A stretch of DNA of 64,000 bases. Origin: Propionibacteriaceae bacterium UBA6122. Lineage in GTDB: Bacteria > Actinomycetota > Actinomycetes > Propionibacteriales > Propionibacteriaceae. Below, piece after piece: positions 10,485 through 20,368 of the stretch. The notes under the pieces are model-generated. The model worked only from the letters and a program-made list of their open reading frames with translations. It did no database searches and was not told the DNA's origin. The stretch spans positions 3,714 through 67,713 of the forward strand of contig DIVW01000033.1 of assembly GCA_002428365.1 (NCBI GenBank), written 5' to 3'. Within the stretch, counting starts at the first letter, position 1; each line of letters begins with the position of its first letter. The position numbers and the translations under genes are program-made.

Positions 10485-12125
10485 ATGACCGAGCTGTCGG
10501 CCAAGATCGCGGCGTGGCGATCTGCTGATCCCGACCCGGCCACCGTTGCGGTGTTGGACGAGTTGGTCACCAAAGCTGCCAGTGGTGATCAAGGGGCGAC
10601 GGCCGAGTTGGCCTCGGCTTTCGCTGGCCCGCTCACTTTCGGCACCGCCGGCCTGCGTGGAGCGCTCGGCCCGGGGCCGGCCCGGATGAACCGGGTAGTG
10701 GTCTCCCAGGCCGCCGCTGGCCTGGCCGCCTACCTGCTGGACAACGGCCACCGTGGCGCCAAGGTGATCGTCGGCTACGACGCTCGTTACAACTCCGCGG
10801 TCTTCGCTCGCGACACCGCCGAGATCCTGGCTGGTGCCGGCTTTGAACCCCTCCTCTGCGCCCGGGCCCTGCCAACCCCGGTGGTCGCCTTCGGCATTCG
10901 CCATTTCGGCTGTGCAGCCGGGGTGGTGGTCACCGCGTCCCACAATCCGCCCCAGGACAACGGCTACAAGGTCTACCTCGGTGACGGCTCCCAGATCGTG
11001 CCACCAGCCGATGTCGAGATCGCGGCCCGGATCGCCGCCATCGCTGAGGTCGGGCTGGACCAGATCCCTCGCAATGATCAATACACCATGATCGATGCCG
11101 AACTGGTGGACGCCTATGTGGCCCGCGCCGCTTCGCTGGTTACCCCGCAGGCACCACGCGACCTCACCTGGGTTTACACGGCAATGCACGGAGTAGGCGC
11201 CTCGGTGGTGGACGCGGTGGTGGCCGCGACTGGCTTCCCCGAACCGCACCGGGTGAGTGAACAGATCGACCCTGATCCGGCCTTCCCAACCGTAGCCTTC
11301 CCGAATCCGGAAGAACCGGGGGCGATCGATCTGGCCCTGGCGCTGGCCCGCCGCAGCGGGGCTGATGTGGCGATCGCCAATGATCCTGACGCCGACCGCT
11401 GCGCCCTGGCTGCGGTGTTCGATGGCGAGTGGCGGATGCTGACCGGCGACGAGCTGGGCATCCTGCTGGCCGACGATGCGCTCCGCCGCGGCACGCCAGG
11501 CACCTACGCCTGCTCGGTGGTGTCCTCAACCATGCTCTCGGTGATGGCTGCGGACCACGGTCAGCCCTTCGCCACCACGCTCACCGGCTTCAAATGGATC
11601 GGTCGGGTGCCGGGGTTGGCCTACGGCTATGAGGAGGCCATCGGCTACTGCACCGATCCGGCAGCCGTCCCAGACAAGGACGGCATCACTGCCCTGGTGC
11701 GGATCCTGGCCCTGGTGGCCGACCTCAAAGCCTCCGGTCGCAGTGTTGCTGATCGCCTCGACGAACTAGCCACCCGCTACGGGGTTCACCTCAACTCGCA
11801 ACTCGCCTTCCGAGTATCGGATCTGGCGATCATCGCCGACGCGATGACGCGGGTGCGCACCGCAGCCCCAACTGAGCTGGCCGGTCAGCCGGTGACCGCA
11901 CTTGATCTGGCCACCGGCTCAGCCGAGCTGCCGCCAACTGATGCCATGTTGTTCACCGGCGCGAGCGTGCGGGTGGTGGTTCGACCCTCTGGCACTGAGC
12001 CGAAGTTGAAGTGCTATTTGCAGGTGACCGCACCGGCCCAGGCCGAGCTGAGGTCGGCGCGGACGGCAGCCGCTGCTCAAATGGCCGCACTGCGGGCGGA
12101 CGTGGCCGCAGCGCTCGGGCTGTGA
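10485..12125 (+). CDS. Phospho-sugar mutase (PMM/PGM family; probably phosphopentomutase given its context)
   Basis: FGTAGLRG, TASHNP, NDPDADR, GYEEAIGY and RPSGTEPKLK. Confidence 0.9.
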   Translation: MTELSAKIAAWRSADPDPATVAVLDELVTKAASGDQGATAELASAFAGPLTFGTAGLRGALGPGPARMNRVVVSQAAAGLAAYLLDNGHRGAKVIVGYDARYNSAVFARDTAEILAGAGFEPLLCARALPTPVVAFGIRHFGCAAGVVVTASHNPPQDNGYKVYLGDGSQIVPPADVEIAARIAAIAEVGLDQIPRNDQYTMIDAELVDAYVARAASLVTPQAPRDLTWVYTAMHGVGASVVDAVVAATGFPEPHRVSEQIDPDPAFPTVAFPNPEEPGAIDLALALARRSGADVAIANDPDADRCALAAVFDGEWRMLTGDELGILLADDALRRGTPGTYACSVVSSTMLSVMAADHGQPFATTLTGFKWIGRVPGLAYGYEEAIGYCTDPAAVPDKDGITALVRILALVADLKASGRSVADRLDELATRYGVHLNSQLAFRVSDLAIIADAMTRVRTAAPTELAGQPVTALDLATGSAELPPTDAMLFTGASVRVVVRPSGTEPKLKCYLQVTAPAQAELRSARTAAAAQMAALRADVAAALGL

Positions 12126-12826
12126 ACCGCCCGGCTCAGCCGCGGCTGGTGTTGATCGCCGGGCCGTCTGGCAGCGGGAAGTCCCGGCTGATGCATGCCT
12201 CCGGGCTGCCCTGCCTACGGCTGGACGACTTCTACTTCGACGCTGATCACCCCGGGATGCCCACCACCAATCTCGGCATCACCGACTGGGACGATCCCCG
12301 CTCCTGGGACGCTGAGGCCGCCCTGGCCGGACTTCGCCAGCTCCTGGAAACTGGGGAGCTCGCCGCCCCGGCTTACTCCATTTCCGAAAGCCGCCGGGTG
12401 GGCACCCGCTCGATCAGCCTGGACGGCGCCGGCTGCCTTGGAGTCGAGGGCATCTTCGCCATCGAGTTTCTGCAGCACTGTCGCCAGGCGAAGCTGTCGG
12501 TCGAAGCGATCTACCTCGATCGGCCCGCCGCCCTGGTCTATTTGTTACGGCTGCGGCGTGATCTGGCCCACAAGCGCAAGCCGCCGCACATCGCCGTCCG
12601 CCGGGGGTGGGCACTGGCCAGGGCCCAGGCAGGCTTGCGCCGCCGGGCACTAGCCGCTGGGTTCGAACCGCTGGGGATGAAGGCTGCGATTTCGCGGATC
12701 GGCCACCTCAACCGACCATCCCGGGCCGCCTACGCCGCCGGCCAGGCTGGCCACGAAAGTGGTGGGGATGGTACCCGAAGAAGTGGGGGTCGGCTTACCT
12801 CGACTAGGACGAATCACCCCGCTTAG
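12122..12826 (+). CDS. Uridine kinase-like P-loop protein
   Basis: AGPSGSGKS, LDDFY, DWDDP and VEGIF; GTGA overlap with the mutase gene. Confidence 0.7.
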   Translation: MNRPAQPRLVLIAGPSGSGKSRLMHASGLPCLRLDDFYFDADHPGMPTTNLGITDWDDPRSWDAEAALAGLRQLLETGELAAPAYSISESRRVGTRSISLDGAGCLGVEGIFAIEFLQHCRQAKLSVEAIYLDRPAALVYLLRLRRDLAHKRKPPHIAVRRGWALARAQAGLRRRALAAGFEPLGMKAAISRIGHLNRPSRAAYAAGQAGHESGGDGTRRSGGRLTSTRTNHPA

Positions 12827-12859
12827 GACAACCCGCCCAGTTACCCCTACCATGTGATC

Positions 12860-14098
12860 GTGACCCCCGAGTTCATACTCCTGTCGCTTGTTGTTGTCAC
12901 AGCGTTAGCGTTTGATTTCACCAACGGCTTTCACGACACGGCGAACGCGATGGCCACTTCGATCGCAACGAAGGCGTTGTCTCCGAAGGCCGCTGTGGCG
13001 CTGTCGGCCATCCTCAACCTGATTGGTGCGTTCCTATCTGTCGAGGTGGCCCTGACGGTCACCAATGCGGTAATTCGCATCCAGAATCCCGATGGCACCC
13101 CGCGCGCAGACCTGGTGGCAGACGGCGGGCACACCTTGTTGCTGATCCTGATGGCCGGTCTGGCCGGCGCCATCATCTGGAACATTCTCACCTGGCTGTG
13201 GGGCCTGCCTTCCAGTTCGTCCCACGCCCTGTTCGGCGGCATGGTGGGCGCCACCGTGGCCAGCCTTGGCTGGGGCGGCGTCAAGTGGATCGGCGACGGC
13301 ACCAAGCTGGACGGCGTCATCGGCAAAGTGGTGCTCCCGGCCCTGATCTCACCGGCAGTGGCCCTGGTCGTCGCGTTCATCGGCACCCGGCTGGTCTTCT
13401 GGATCACCGCTAAGATCGCCCGGCGCTATCAGGAGGCTGGCTTCCGCTGGGGCCAGATCGGCACTTCCTCGCTGCTTTCGCTGTCCCACGGCACCAACGA
13501 TGCTCAGAAGACGATGGGCGTGGTCACCCTGGCCTTGATCGCCGGTGGCTTCGTTGACCCCGTTCAACACGAGATCCCACTGTGGGTGAAGTTCGCCTGC
13601 GCCCTGGCTATCGCCTCGGGCACCTACATCGGTGGTTGGCGGATTATCCGCACCATGGGCAAAGGCCTGGTCGAGGTGTTGTCCCCGCAGGGCATGGCTG
13701 CCGAAAGCGCCTCGGCCGCGGTCATCCTGACGTCCAGCCAACTCGGCTTCGCGCTTTCCACCACCCACGTCTCCACCGGATCGATTATCGGTTCGGGACT
13801 TGGACGCAAGGGCGCCACCGTCCGTTGGAGTGTGGCGACGAAGATGGTGCTGGCCTGGTTGATTACCCTGCCCTCGGCCGGCCTGATCGCCGCTGGCCTG
13901 TGGTGGATCGGCTATCTGGTCGGCCCAGGTGCTGGCGACTGGATCGTCTTCAGCCTGATGTGCCTGGCTGCCCTCTACATGTGGTGGCACTCCAAGCGCG
14001 ACCCGATCGGGCATCACAACGTCAATGACGATTGGGACAGCGGCCGCAGCAAGCCCAACCCCAAACCTAAGGTGCCGGTTTCGGGAGGCGTTGGCTGA
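12860..14098 (+). CDS. Inorganic phosphate transporter (PiT family)
   Basis: FTNGFHDTANAMAT, GLPSSSSHAL and HGTNDAQKTMG motifs; probably leaderless (TACCAT-N6-GTG). Confidence 0.93.
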   Translation: MTPEFILLSLVVVTALAFDFTNGFHDTANAMATSIATKALSPKAAVALSAILNLIGAFLSVEVALTVTNAVIRIQNPDGTPRADLVADGGHTLLLILMAGLAGAIIWNILTWLWGLPSSSSHALFGGMVGATVASLGWGGVKWIGDGTKLDGVIGKVVLPALISPAVALVVAFIGTRLVFWITAKIARRYQEAGFRWGQIGTSSLLSLSHGTNDAQKTMGVVTLALIAGGFVDPVQHEIPLWVKFACALAIASGTYIGGWRIIRTMGKGLVEVLSPQGMAAESASAAVILTSSQLGFALSTTHVSTGSIIGSGLGRKGATVRWSVATKMVLAWLITLPSAGLIAAGLWWIGYLVGPGAGDWIVFSLMCLAALYMWWHSKRDPIGHHNVNDDWDSGRSKPNPKPKVPVSGGVG

Positions 14099-14409
14099 TG
14101 AATCAGGTAATCGCTGCCCTGGACGCCACCTGGCGCATCCTCGCAATCGGGGTCCTGCTCGGTGCCGGATTGCCAGCCCTGTTCGCCGTCGGCGTCCGCG
14201 CCCTGGCGTGGGGCACCGCAGCCGAAGGCGACGCCCCAGATGAGGATGCCAAGCTGGAACCGACCCTGGTCGGACGGCTCGTCGCCTACACGATGTTCGC
14301 CATCGTCATTTTGGCGGTACTGGCTGGCGTGGGCTATATCGTGGCCCACGGCTTCGGGCTGAAGGTGACTTTCAACGGCCTGATGCCGGTGATTACCCCA
14401 AAGAGCTGA
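14098..14409 (+). CDS. Small membrane protein coupled to pit
   Basis: LGAGLPALFAVG motif of the small gene that follows pit in actinobacteria; TGATG overlap. Confidence 0.75.
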   Translation: MNQVIAALDATWRILAIGVLLGAGLPALFAVGVRALAWGTAAEGDAPDEDAKLEPTLVGRLVAYTMFAIVILAVLAGVGYIVAHGFGLKVTFNGLMPVITPKS

Positions 14410-15430
14410 CCCCGGCCAGCGGCGCAGCCACCATCGACGCATCGCGCATATCGGCGCCAATCCGCTCCAAGAACCGCTTCGCCGCCGGACCAACCCTGCT
14501 GGTGAGCATGCCGACTGGTACCGGCTGTAGTTCGATCGTCGTCGCCACTCCGGCCAACACCAACGGCAGGGTGTAGCCGACCGAGGACGGGAAGCTGGCC
14601 AGCTTCGCCGCCACCGAGCCGCGGCTGAGCTCAATCTCCAGCGGCACCTCCGGGCGTACGACCTGCAAGCCGGTGGTGGCGATCTGGGCGAGCTTTTCCG
14701 CGGCCTCCTTGCGGTGGGCGAAGTAGCGTCCCTGGCCACCACAGCGCGCGGCCAGTTTGGCAATCGAATCCAGGTAGGCGGCCGTGTCGACCACTCCGGA
14801 TTCGGCCAAAGACGAACCGACCACGTCCACCCCTGGCACCACTCGCGGCGGACCGAAGCGACGCCTGGTCCAGTTGTAGCTGTGTTCGCGCACCTTGCTC
14901 GGCGGCATGCCGGCCACCGGCATCACGGTGAACAGCCGCACTCGCTCAGAGGCAAAGAACTTGCGGGCCTGCCGGGCCAGCGGAGCCCTGGCCACCTCCA
15001 AGACCGAAGGTGGCGCGTCCCAGCGGCGCAGCGGCTCACCGGAGCTGAGCTGAGCGGCGAACTCCAAAGTGGCGGTGCCGTCGTCAACCACCACCGCCTC
15101 GTGCGGATTCGCCGCCAACAGCAGGGCCTGAATCATGCCCGAGAAGGGGTCGCCGATCACCAGGCGCCGTGCTTTGGCCACTCGCCGGGAGACCTGCTGC
15201 AAGGTGCGCAGCCGGGCCGCGGTCGAGGCGCGCGGGTAGTGCCACTCGACGGCCATGTTCTCCTCGTCGGCGTAGGTGGCCATCTGGCGCAGTTGCGCCA
15301 GGCTGGTCTCCTCCACCGGCGCCAACACCACCGCCACGGTTCGCTCGGCCGCCTGTTCGACATGCGCCCACTCCAGCAGGTGCAGTAGCTGGGCCGGGCT
15401 CTCAACCAGGGCGACGGTGTCGGTGCTCAT
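14393..15430 (-). CDS. Putative nonulosonate transferase / GT-B fold protein of the KDN-like cluster
   Basis: VESPAQLL, IGDPFSG, VDDGTAT, YFAHRKE and SFPSS; last gene of the neuB/neuA-like operon. Confidence 0.65.
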   Translation of the reverse strand: MSTDTVALVESPAQLLHLLEWAHVEQAAERTVAVVLAPVEETSLAQLRQMATYADEENMAVEWHYPRASTAARLRTLQQVSRRVAKARRLVIGDPFSGMIQALLLAANPHEAVVVDDGTATLEFAAQLSSGEPLRRWDAPPSVLEVARAPLARQARKFFASERVRLFTVMPVAGMPPSKVREHSYNWTRRRFGPPRVVPGVDVVGSSLAESGVVDTAAYLDSIAKLAARCGGQGRYFAHRKEAAEKLAQIATTGLQVVRPEVPLEIELSRGSVAAKLASFPSSVGYTLPLVLAGVATTIELQPVPVGMLTSRVGPAAKRFLERIGADMRDASMVAAPLAGVSSLG

Positions 15431-16356
15431 GCCACCTGCCCCGAGTCCTTCGCTGCCTCGGCGACCACACCGGTGACCCGCCGTAGCTTGCGCATCGCGG
15501 CGAGCTCGGCGGGGTAGACCTGCTTCACCCCGTCACCGAGGGAGGCTTCCAGCACCCGAATGTCGCGCACCAACCGGCGCATACCTTCGGGTTCGACCGA
15601 GGCCGACTGATCCGAACCCCACATGGCGCGGTCCAAGGTGATGTGGCGCTCCACCATGCAGGCGCCCAACGCCACCGCGCACAGGGTGGTCTGCAGCCCA
15701 ACCTCGTGGCCGGAGTAGCCGATCGGCACGTTGGGGTATTCCGCGCTCAAGGTGTTGATCATCCGCAGGTTCAGCTCCTCGGCCGGGGCCGGGTAGGAGC
15801 TGGTGGCGTGCAGGAGCACGGTCTGGGTGCTGCCGAGCAGTTCCACGGCGTGGCGGATCTGCTCTGGCGTCGACATCCCGGTGGACAGGATCACGGTCTT
15901 GCCGGTCTCCCGCATGGCGATGAGCAACTCGTCATCGGTGAGGCAGGCCGAGGCCACCTTGAACACCGGGGAGTCGAACGCCGCCAGGAACTCCACACTT
16001 TCGACATCCCAGGGGGAGGCGAACCAGTCGATGCCTACCTTGCGGCAGTACTCGTCGAGCTGGCGGTACTCCTCCACGCCGAACTCGACCCGGTGGCGGT
16101 ACTCCAGGTAGGTCATCCGTCCCCAAGGCGTGTCGCGCTCAATCTCCCACTGGTCGCGCGGGGTGCATACCTCAGGGGTGCGCTTCTGGAACTTGACCGC
16201 GTCCATGCCAGCAGCCTTGGCGTGATCGATCAGCGCGATCGCGTTGCTCAGGTCGCCGTTGTGGTTGATGCCGATCTCGCCGATCACATACACCGGCTGG
16301 CCCGGTCCGACCAGGCGGTCACCGATCTTGCGCAGCCGAGGGTTGATGGTGGTCAC
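15427..16356 (-). CDS. N-acetylneuraminate/KDN-9-phosphate synthase family protein (no C-terminal AFP-like domain)
   Basis: EIGINHNG, AVKFQKR, ILSTGMS, GYSGHE and ERHITLDRAMWGSD. Confidence 0.93.
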   Translation of the reverse strand: MTTINPRLRKIGDRLVGPGQPVYVIGEIGINHNGDLSNAIALIDHAKAAGMDAVKFQKRTPEVCTPRDQWEIERDTPWGRMTYLEYRHRVEFGVEEYRQLDEYCRKVGIDWFASPWDVESVEFLAAFDSPVFKVASACLTDDELLIAMRETGKTVILSTGMSTPEQIRHAVELLGSTQTVLLHATSSYPAPAEELNLRMINTLSAEYPNVPIGYSGHEVGLQTTLCAVALGACMVERHITLDRAMWGSDQSASVEPEGMRRLVRDIRVLEASLGDGVKQVYPAELAAMRKLRRVTGVVAEAAKDSGQVA

Positions 16357-17510
16357 AGTTGGTCCTCCTCAAGGATCCACGAGGCGATCTCGCGGACGGC
16401 ACCGTGCCCGCCGGGCACGGTGGTCACCGTGCGGGCGGCTGCCCGGACGGCGGGTTGGGCCGAGGCGACTGCCACCGGCCAGCCGACCTGCGCAAAGCAA
16501 GGCAGGTCGTTCACGTCATTGCCCAGGTAGAGCACTCGGCTGGGCTGCAGGCGCCGCTCGGTGATCCAGCTGGCCAGCTCTTCGCCTTTACGGTCGATGC
16601 CGTGGCGGCACTCCACGCCGAGCTTCTTCGCCCGGGCGGCCACCACCGGGTTCACCTCGGTGGACAGAATCAGCACCGGCAAGCCGGCTCGACGCATCGC
16701 GGAGACGCCCATACCGTCTCCGCGATGCACCGCCACCCGTTCCACACCGTCGGCCGACAGCCAGGCCCGATCATCGGTCTGGGTGCCGTCAAAATCGAGG
16801 ACGACCGCCTCGACCTCCCCTGGCTCGGGACGGTTGGCCGGATCAAGCAGCTGAACCAACGCGCGGGCGCGGTTCAGATCACCAGGCTCATCGATTTCCA
16901 GCACCCGGTTCGGGTCGGTGGGCACGGCCACGATGCGGCCGAAGAAGCGGTGGCCGGCCTCGCGGAAGCCTGCGACCCGCATGGCGTAGGCCGCACCGGT
17001 CTCCAGCCACTCAGGTTCGCGATCCTGGCGCCGTGGGCGCCGCGCTGACTCGTGGTTGACCCCGACTGCATCGGTGCCATTGCGCCAGACGAAGCCGTGG
17101 AAGGCTGCCGCGGTGAATGCGGAGTCGGCGCCGGCGTCGATGGCCGCCACCAGGGCGTCCAGCTCGGTCGAAGTCAGGAAGGGGCTGGTGGCTTGGATCA
17201 TCACCACGATCTCTGGCGCGCCGTCGCGGCTGAGCAGCTCCAGAGCATGAGTCAGAGCCGCTTCACTGCTGGCCTGGTCGCCAGCCAGTTCAGCGGGCCG
17301 ACGGATCAGGATCGCCCCGGCATCGGTGGCCGCCGCAGCGATTTGGGGGTCATCGGTGGAAACCGCCACCACGTCGATGGCGCTGGTGGCACGGGCGGCC
17401 TGGACCGCTCGCGCCACCAGCGGAACACCGCCGATGCGGGCGACATTCTTGCCCGGTACGCCTTTGGATCCACCGCGTGCGGGGATCACCGCCACCACCC
17501 GGGCGGTCAT
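16353..17510 (-). CDS. Acylneuraminate cytidylyltransferase fused to a KdsC-like HAD phosphatase
   Basis: IPARGGSKGVPGKN and QATSPF in the N-terminal half; DFDGTQTD and GNDVND in the C-terminal half. Confidence 0.92.
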   Translation of the reverse strand: MTARVVAVIPARGGSKGVPGKNVARIGGVPLVARAVQAARATSAIDVVAVSTDDPQIAAAATDAGAILIRRPAELAGDQASSEAALTHALELLSRDGAPEIVVMIQATSPFLTSTELDALVAAIDAGADSAFTAAAFHGFVWRNGTDAVGVNHESARRPRRQDREPEWLETGAAYAMRVAGFREAGHRFFGRIVAVPTDPNRVLEIDEPGDLNRARALVQLLDPANRPEPGEVEAVVLDFDGTQTDDRAWLSADGVERVAVHRGDGMGVSAMRRAGLPVLILSTEVNPVVAARAKKLGVECRHGIDRKGEELASWITERRLQPSRVLYLGNDVNDLPCFAQVGWPVAVASAQPAVRAAARTVTTVPGGHGAVREIASWILEEDQL

Positions 17511-18781
17511 AGGGAGGCCAGCCTTCGCAGCACTGGTGCCACCACTTGGCTGCCGTGGCGGTACATATTGCGCGCACTGCGCCGGACCGCCTTGCGTAGC
17601 CCAGAGGGAGCGTTGCCCACCAGGAAACCCAATGGCTGGCCGTCGGTGCCGACGCCGTAGTTGGCCAGCAGTCCGGGCAGGAAGGCCTTGCCGTTGGACA
17701 AGGTGTAATAGGGCTGCAGCGGCGGCAAGGGACCGGATGCCAGCACCTCAGCGACTCGCTGCGGCAGCGGATCCACCTCCGAGCCCAGCCCGTGACGCCT
17801 AGCCCAGGTGACGTCGGCGCGCGGCTCCGCACCAGCGTCCAGATCATCGAAGGAGGCCAAGCAGCCCGAGCCGATGAAGTAGGTGTTGCCCAGGCTCTCC
17901 CTGACCCCGAAGTCGGTGAGTGCTGCGGTATTGATGCCCCGGTGGATCGCTTCGACCGCCGCGGTGGAGCTGACCGTCACCAACAGGTCGGTGCGGTTGA
18001 GCACCTTGCCCATATCGCCACCGAACAGCTTCAGGTTCTTGGGCCGGTCCGGGCCGAGGGCGCGCACCAACTCGTCATAGGGATACTGCTCAGTGTGGGT
18101 GGCCTGCTCGCCGGGAAGATTGCGCAGCTTGATCAGCACATCGCGTTCGGGGTAGCGCCGGGCGTGCTCGGCGAGTCGTTCGACCAGGTAGCGGCGATGC
18201 CAGCGAGTGTTGGGCACCCCCGGCTGGCCGGCGAAGGTGACGGTGTAGCGGTTGTTGGTGCGCGGCCCGTTGGCCCGCAGGAAGGGCAACCGGGTCAGCG
18301 TCAACGATTCGGTGCCGAGCCCGAGCCCGGTGAAGGTGGTGCGGAACTCGTCCAGATCGGCTGGGCTGTTCGCCGCGATCAGGTCGGCACCGGCCCGCAG
18401 CAGCAGGCCTTCGGTAATCCGCTCATAAACGACCCCGACATAGCCGGTGAGCACCAACGGCCGCTGCTCCAACTGGGCGGCTGCCAGCAGGTGCAGGATT
18501 GCCTGCACGCCACCGCCGGGTAGCGACACCACCAGGACGTCGGCCGGCTTGGCGGCCAACGCGGTGAGCAGTTCGCCGGCCGAGACTACCGAGACCGAAT
18601 CTGCGGAGATGCCGGCCTCGGCGAGTTGGCGCTGGCTGGGGATGTCTGAGCCGGCGAACTGGTATCCGGTGACAGCTGCAGCCGGATTCAGCCGCCGGGC
18701 CAGGCCGAGGCCCCACTTCCAGCGGCTGTCGGTATCAGCCAGGACGGCCACCGAACGAACCGGTCGAGTTTCGCTAGTCAC
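17507..18781 (-). CDS. Putative glycosyltransferase (DUF6716-like)
   Basis: ADTDSRWKW start, VTVSSTAAVEA; first gene of the nonulosonate operon. Confidence 0.7.
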   Translation of the reverse strand: MTSETRPVRSVAVLADTDSRWKWGLGLARRLNPAAAVTGYQFAGSDIPSQRQLAEAGISADSVSVVSAGELLTALAAKPADVLVVSLPGGGVQAILHLLAAAQLEQRPLVLTGYVGVVYERITEGLLLRAGADLIAANSPADLDEFRTTFTGLGLGTESLTLTRLPFLRANGPRTNNRYTVTFAGQPGVPNTRWHRRYLVERLAEHARRYPERDVLIKLRNLPGEQATHTEQYPYDELVRALGPDRPKNLKLFGGDMGKVLNRTDLLVTVSSTAAVEAIHRGINTAALTDFGVRESLGNTYFIGSGCLASFDDLDAGAEPRADVTWARRHGLGSEVDPLPQRVAEVLASGPLPPLQPYYTLSNGKAFLPGLLANYGVGTDGQPLGFLVGNAPSGLRKAVRRSARNMYRHGSQVVAPVLRRLASL

Positions 18782-18887
18782 ATTCCGAAACTAGGCTGCG
18801 CGTGCGCCCGTCCGGGCAACCGCAGTTCACCAGAAGGTGAACAATCCGCAAAGTGTTGCCCCCACCTGAACCAGCTGGGGGCCCGAT

Positions 18888-19955
18888 TCAGCCGCTGATC
18901 GCAGCGAAACCGACCGCTACCCGCTCGCACAACTCCACGCGCTCGGCATAGGGAAGGAAGGCACCAGCGGCGGCGTTCAAGGTGAACTCGGCCAGGTCGT
19001 CCAAGTCGTAGTCGAAGGCCTCGCTGAGCAGGGCGTACTCCCTACTCATCGTGGTAGCACTCATTAGCCGGTTGTCGCAGTTGATGCTCACGTTAAAGCC
19101 AAGGTCAGCCAGCCGCCCGAAGGGGTGATCGGTCATCACGGTCGCGATTCCGGTCTGCAGGTTTGAGGACGGTGAGACCTCCAGCAGGATTTGCCGGTTC
19201 AACACATACTGCGCGAAGTCGCCCAGCGTGCCGTCGGCGGCGATATCTTCAACCAGCCGGACCCCGTGCCCAATTCGGGAGGCACCACACAGCTGGACGG
19301 CCTCCCAGATCGAATCCACCCCGTAGGCCTCGCCGGCGTGGATGGTGAACTCGAAGTTGTTGCGACGTAGGTGGTCAAAAGAAGCGGCGAAGCGGCTCGG
19401 TGGGAAGCCGTCCTCGGCTCCGGCGATATCGAAGCCGGCCACCGAATCATGGCGGTAGGCCAGCGCCAACTCGGCGATCTCGGTGCTCGGGTTGGGCACA
19501 TGCCGCATCGCGGTCAGGAGCTGGGTGGCACTGATCTGGTGCCCGGCGTCCGCCGCGGCGGCCACCCCTTCGGCCAGGCCATCGCGGACGGCCTCGACCG
19601 CTTCAGTCAGGCTCAGGCCACCGGCCAGATGCTGCTCGGGCGCCCAACGCGCTTCGGCGTGGATTACCCCATCGGCAGCCTGATCTGCGACAAACTCCCG
19701 CGCCACTCGGCGCAGAGCGGTGGCAGTCTGCATCACCGCGACGGTGTGGGCAAAGGTCTCTAGGTAGCGCACCAGTGAGCCGGAATCAGCGGCCTGGAAG
19801 AACCAGCGGCCCAACTCCTCGGCGTCGGTGGTTGGCAACTCGTGCCCTACTGCAGCGGCCTCCTCGATGATCGTGGTCGGACGCAGACCGCCATCGAGGT
19901 GGTCATGCAGCGCGATCTTCGGCAACTGCCTGCAGGTGTCGAGATCGACTGTCAT
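18888..19955 (-). CDS. add: Adenosine deaminase
   Basis: LHDHLDGG, GFDIAGAE, TIHAGE, RIGHG and NCDNRLMS. Confidence 0.94.
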   Translation of the reverse strand: MTVDLDTCRQLPKIALHDHLDGGLRPTTIIEEAAAVGHELPTTDAEELGRWFFQAADSGSLVRYLETFAHTVAVMQTATALRRVAREFVADQAADGVIHAEARWAPEQHLAGGLSLTEAVEAVRDGLAEGVAAAADAGHQISATQLLTAMRHVPNPSTEIAELALAYRHDSVAGFDIAGAEDGFPPSRFAASFDHLRRNNFEFTIHAGEAYGVDSIWEAVQLCGASRIGHGVRLVEDIAADGTLGDFAQYVLNRQILLEVSPSSNLQTGIATVMTDHPFGRLADLGFNVSINCDNRLMSATTMSREYALLSEAFDYDLDDLAEFTLNAAAGAFLPYAERVELCERVAVGFAAISG

Positions 19956-20368
19956 CGCTGCTCCTTGACGTGGTTCAGTTCGGTCGGCCCGAAAGCCAGC
20001 GGCAACACCTCGGCCATCGGCTTGGGGCCAATTGGCGTGTCAACCAGCAGTTCATCGCCGCCGTGTTCAAACAGCAGTTGACGACACCGTCCACACGGCA
20101 TTAGCCGCTCGCCCAGCTTGTTGCAGCAGCTGACGGCCACTAGCCGTCCGCCGCCGGTGGCGATGAGCTCGGAGATCAGACCGCATTCGGCGCACAGCGC
20201 CACCCCGTAGGCAGCGTTTTCGACATTGCAGCCGCTGACGATTCGACCATCCTCGACCAACCCGGCCGCCCCCACCGGAAACTGGGAGTAGGGGGCGTAG
20301 GCGAGCTTGGAGATCTCGATCGCCCGAGCGCGCAACTGCTCGAAATCGACGCCGCTAATTGGCTTCAC
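19952..20368 (-). CDS. cdd: Cytidine deaminase
   Basis: AYAPYS, GCNVENA, LCAEC and PCGRCRQ. Confidence 0.95.
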   Translation of the reverse strand: MKPISGVDFEQLRARAIEISKLAYAPYSQFPVGAAGLVEDGRIVSGCNVENAAYGVALCAECGLISELIATGGGRLVAVSCCNKLGERLMPCGRCRQLLFEHGGDELLVDTPIGPKPMAEVLPLAFGPTELNHVKEQR

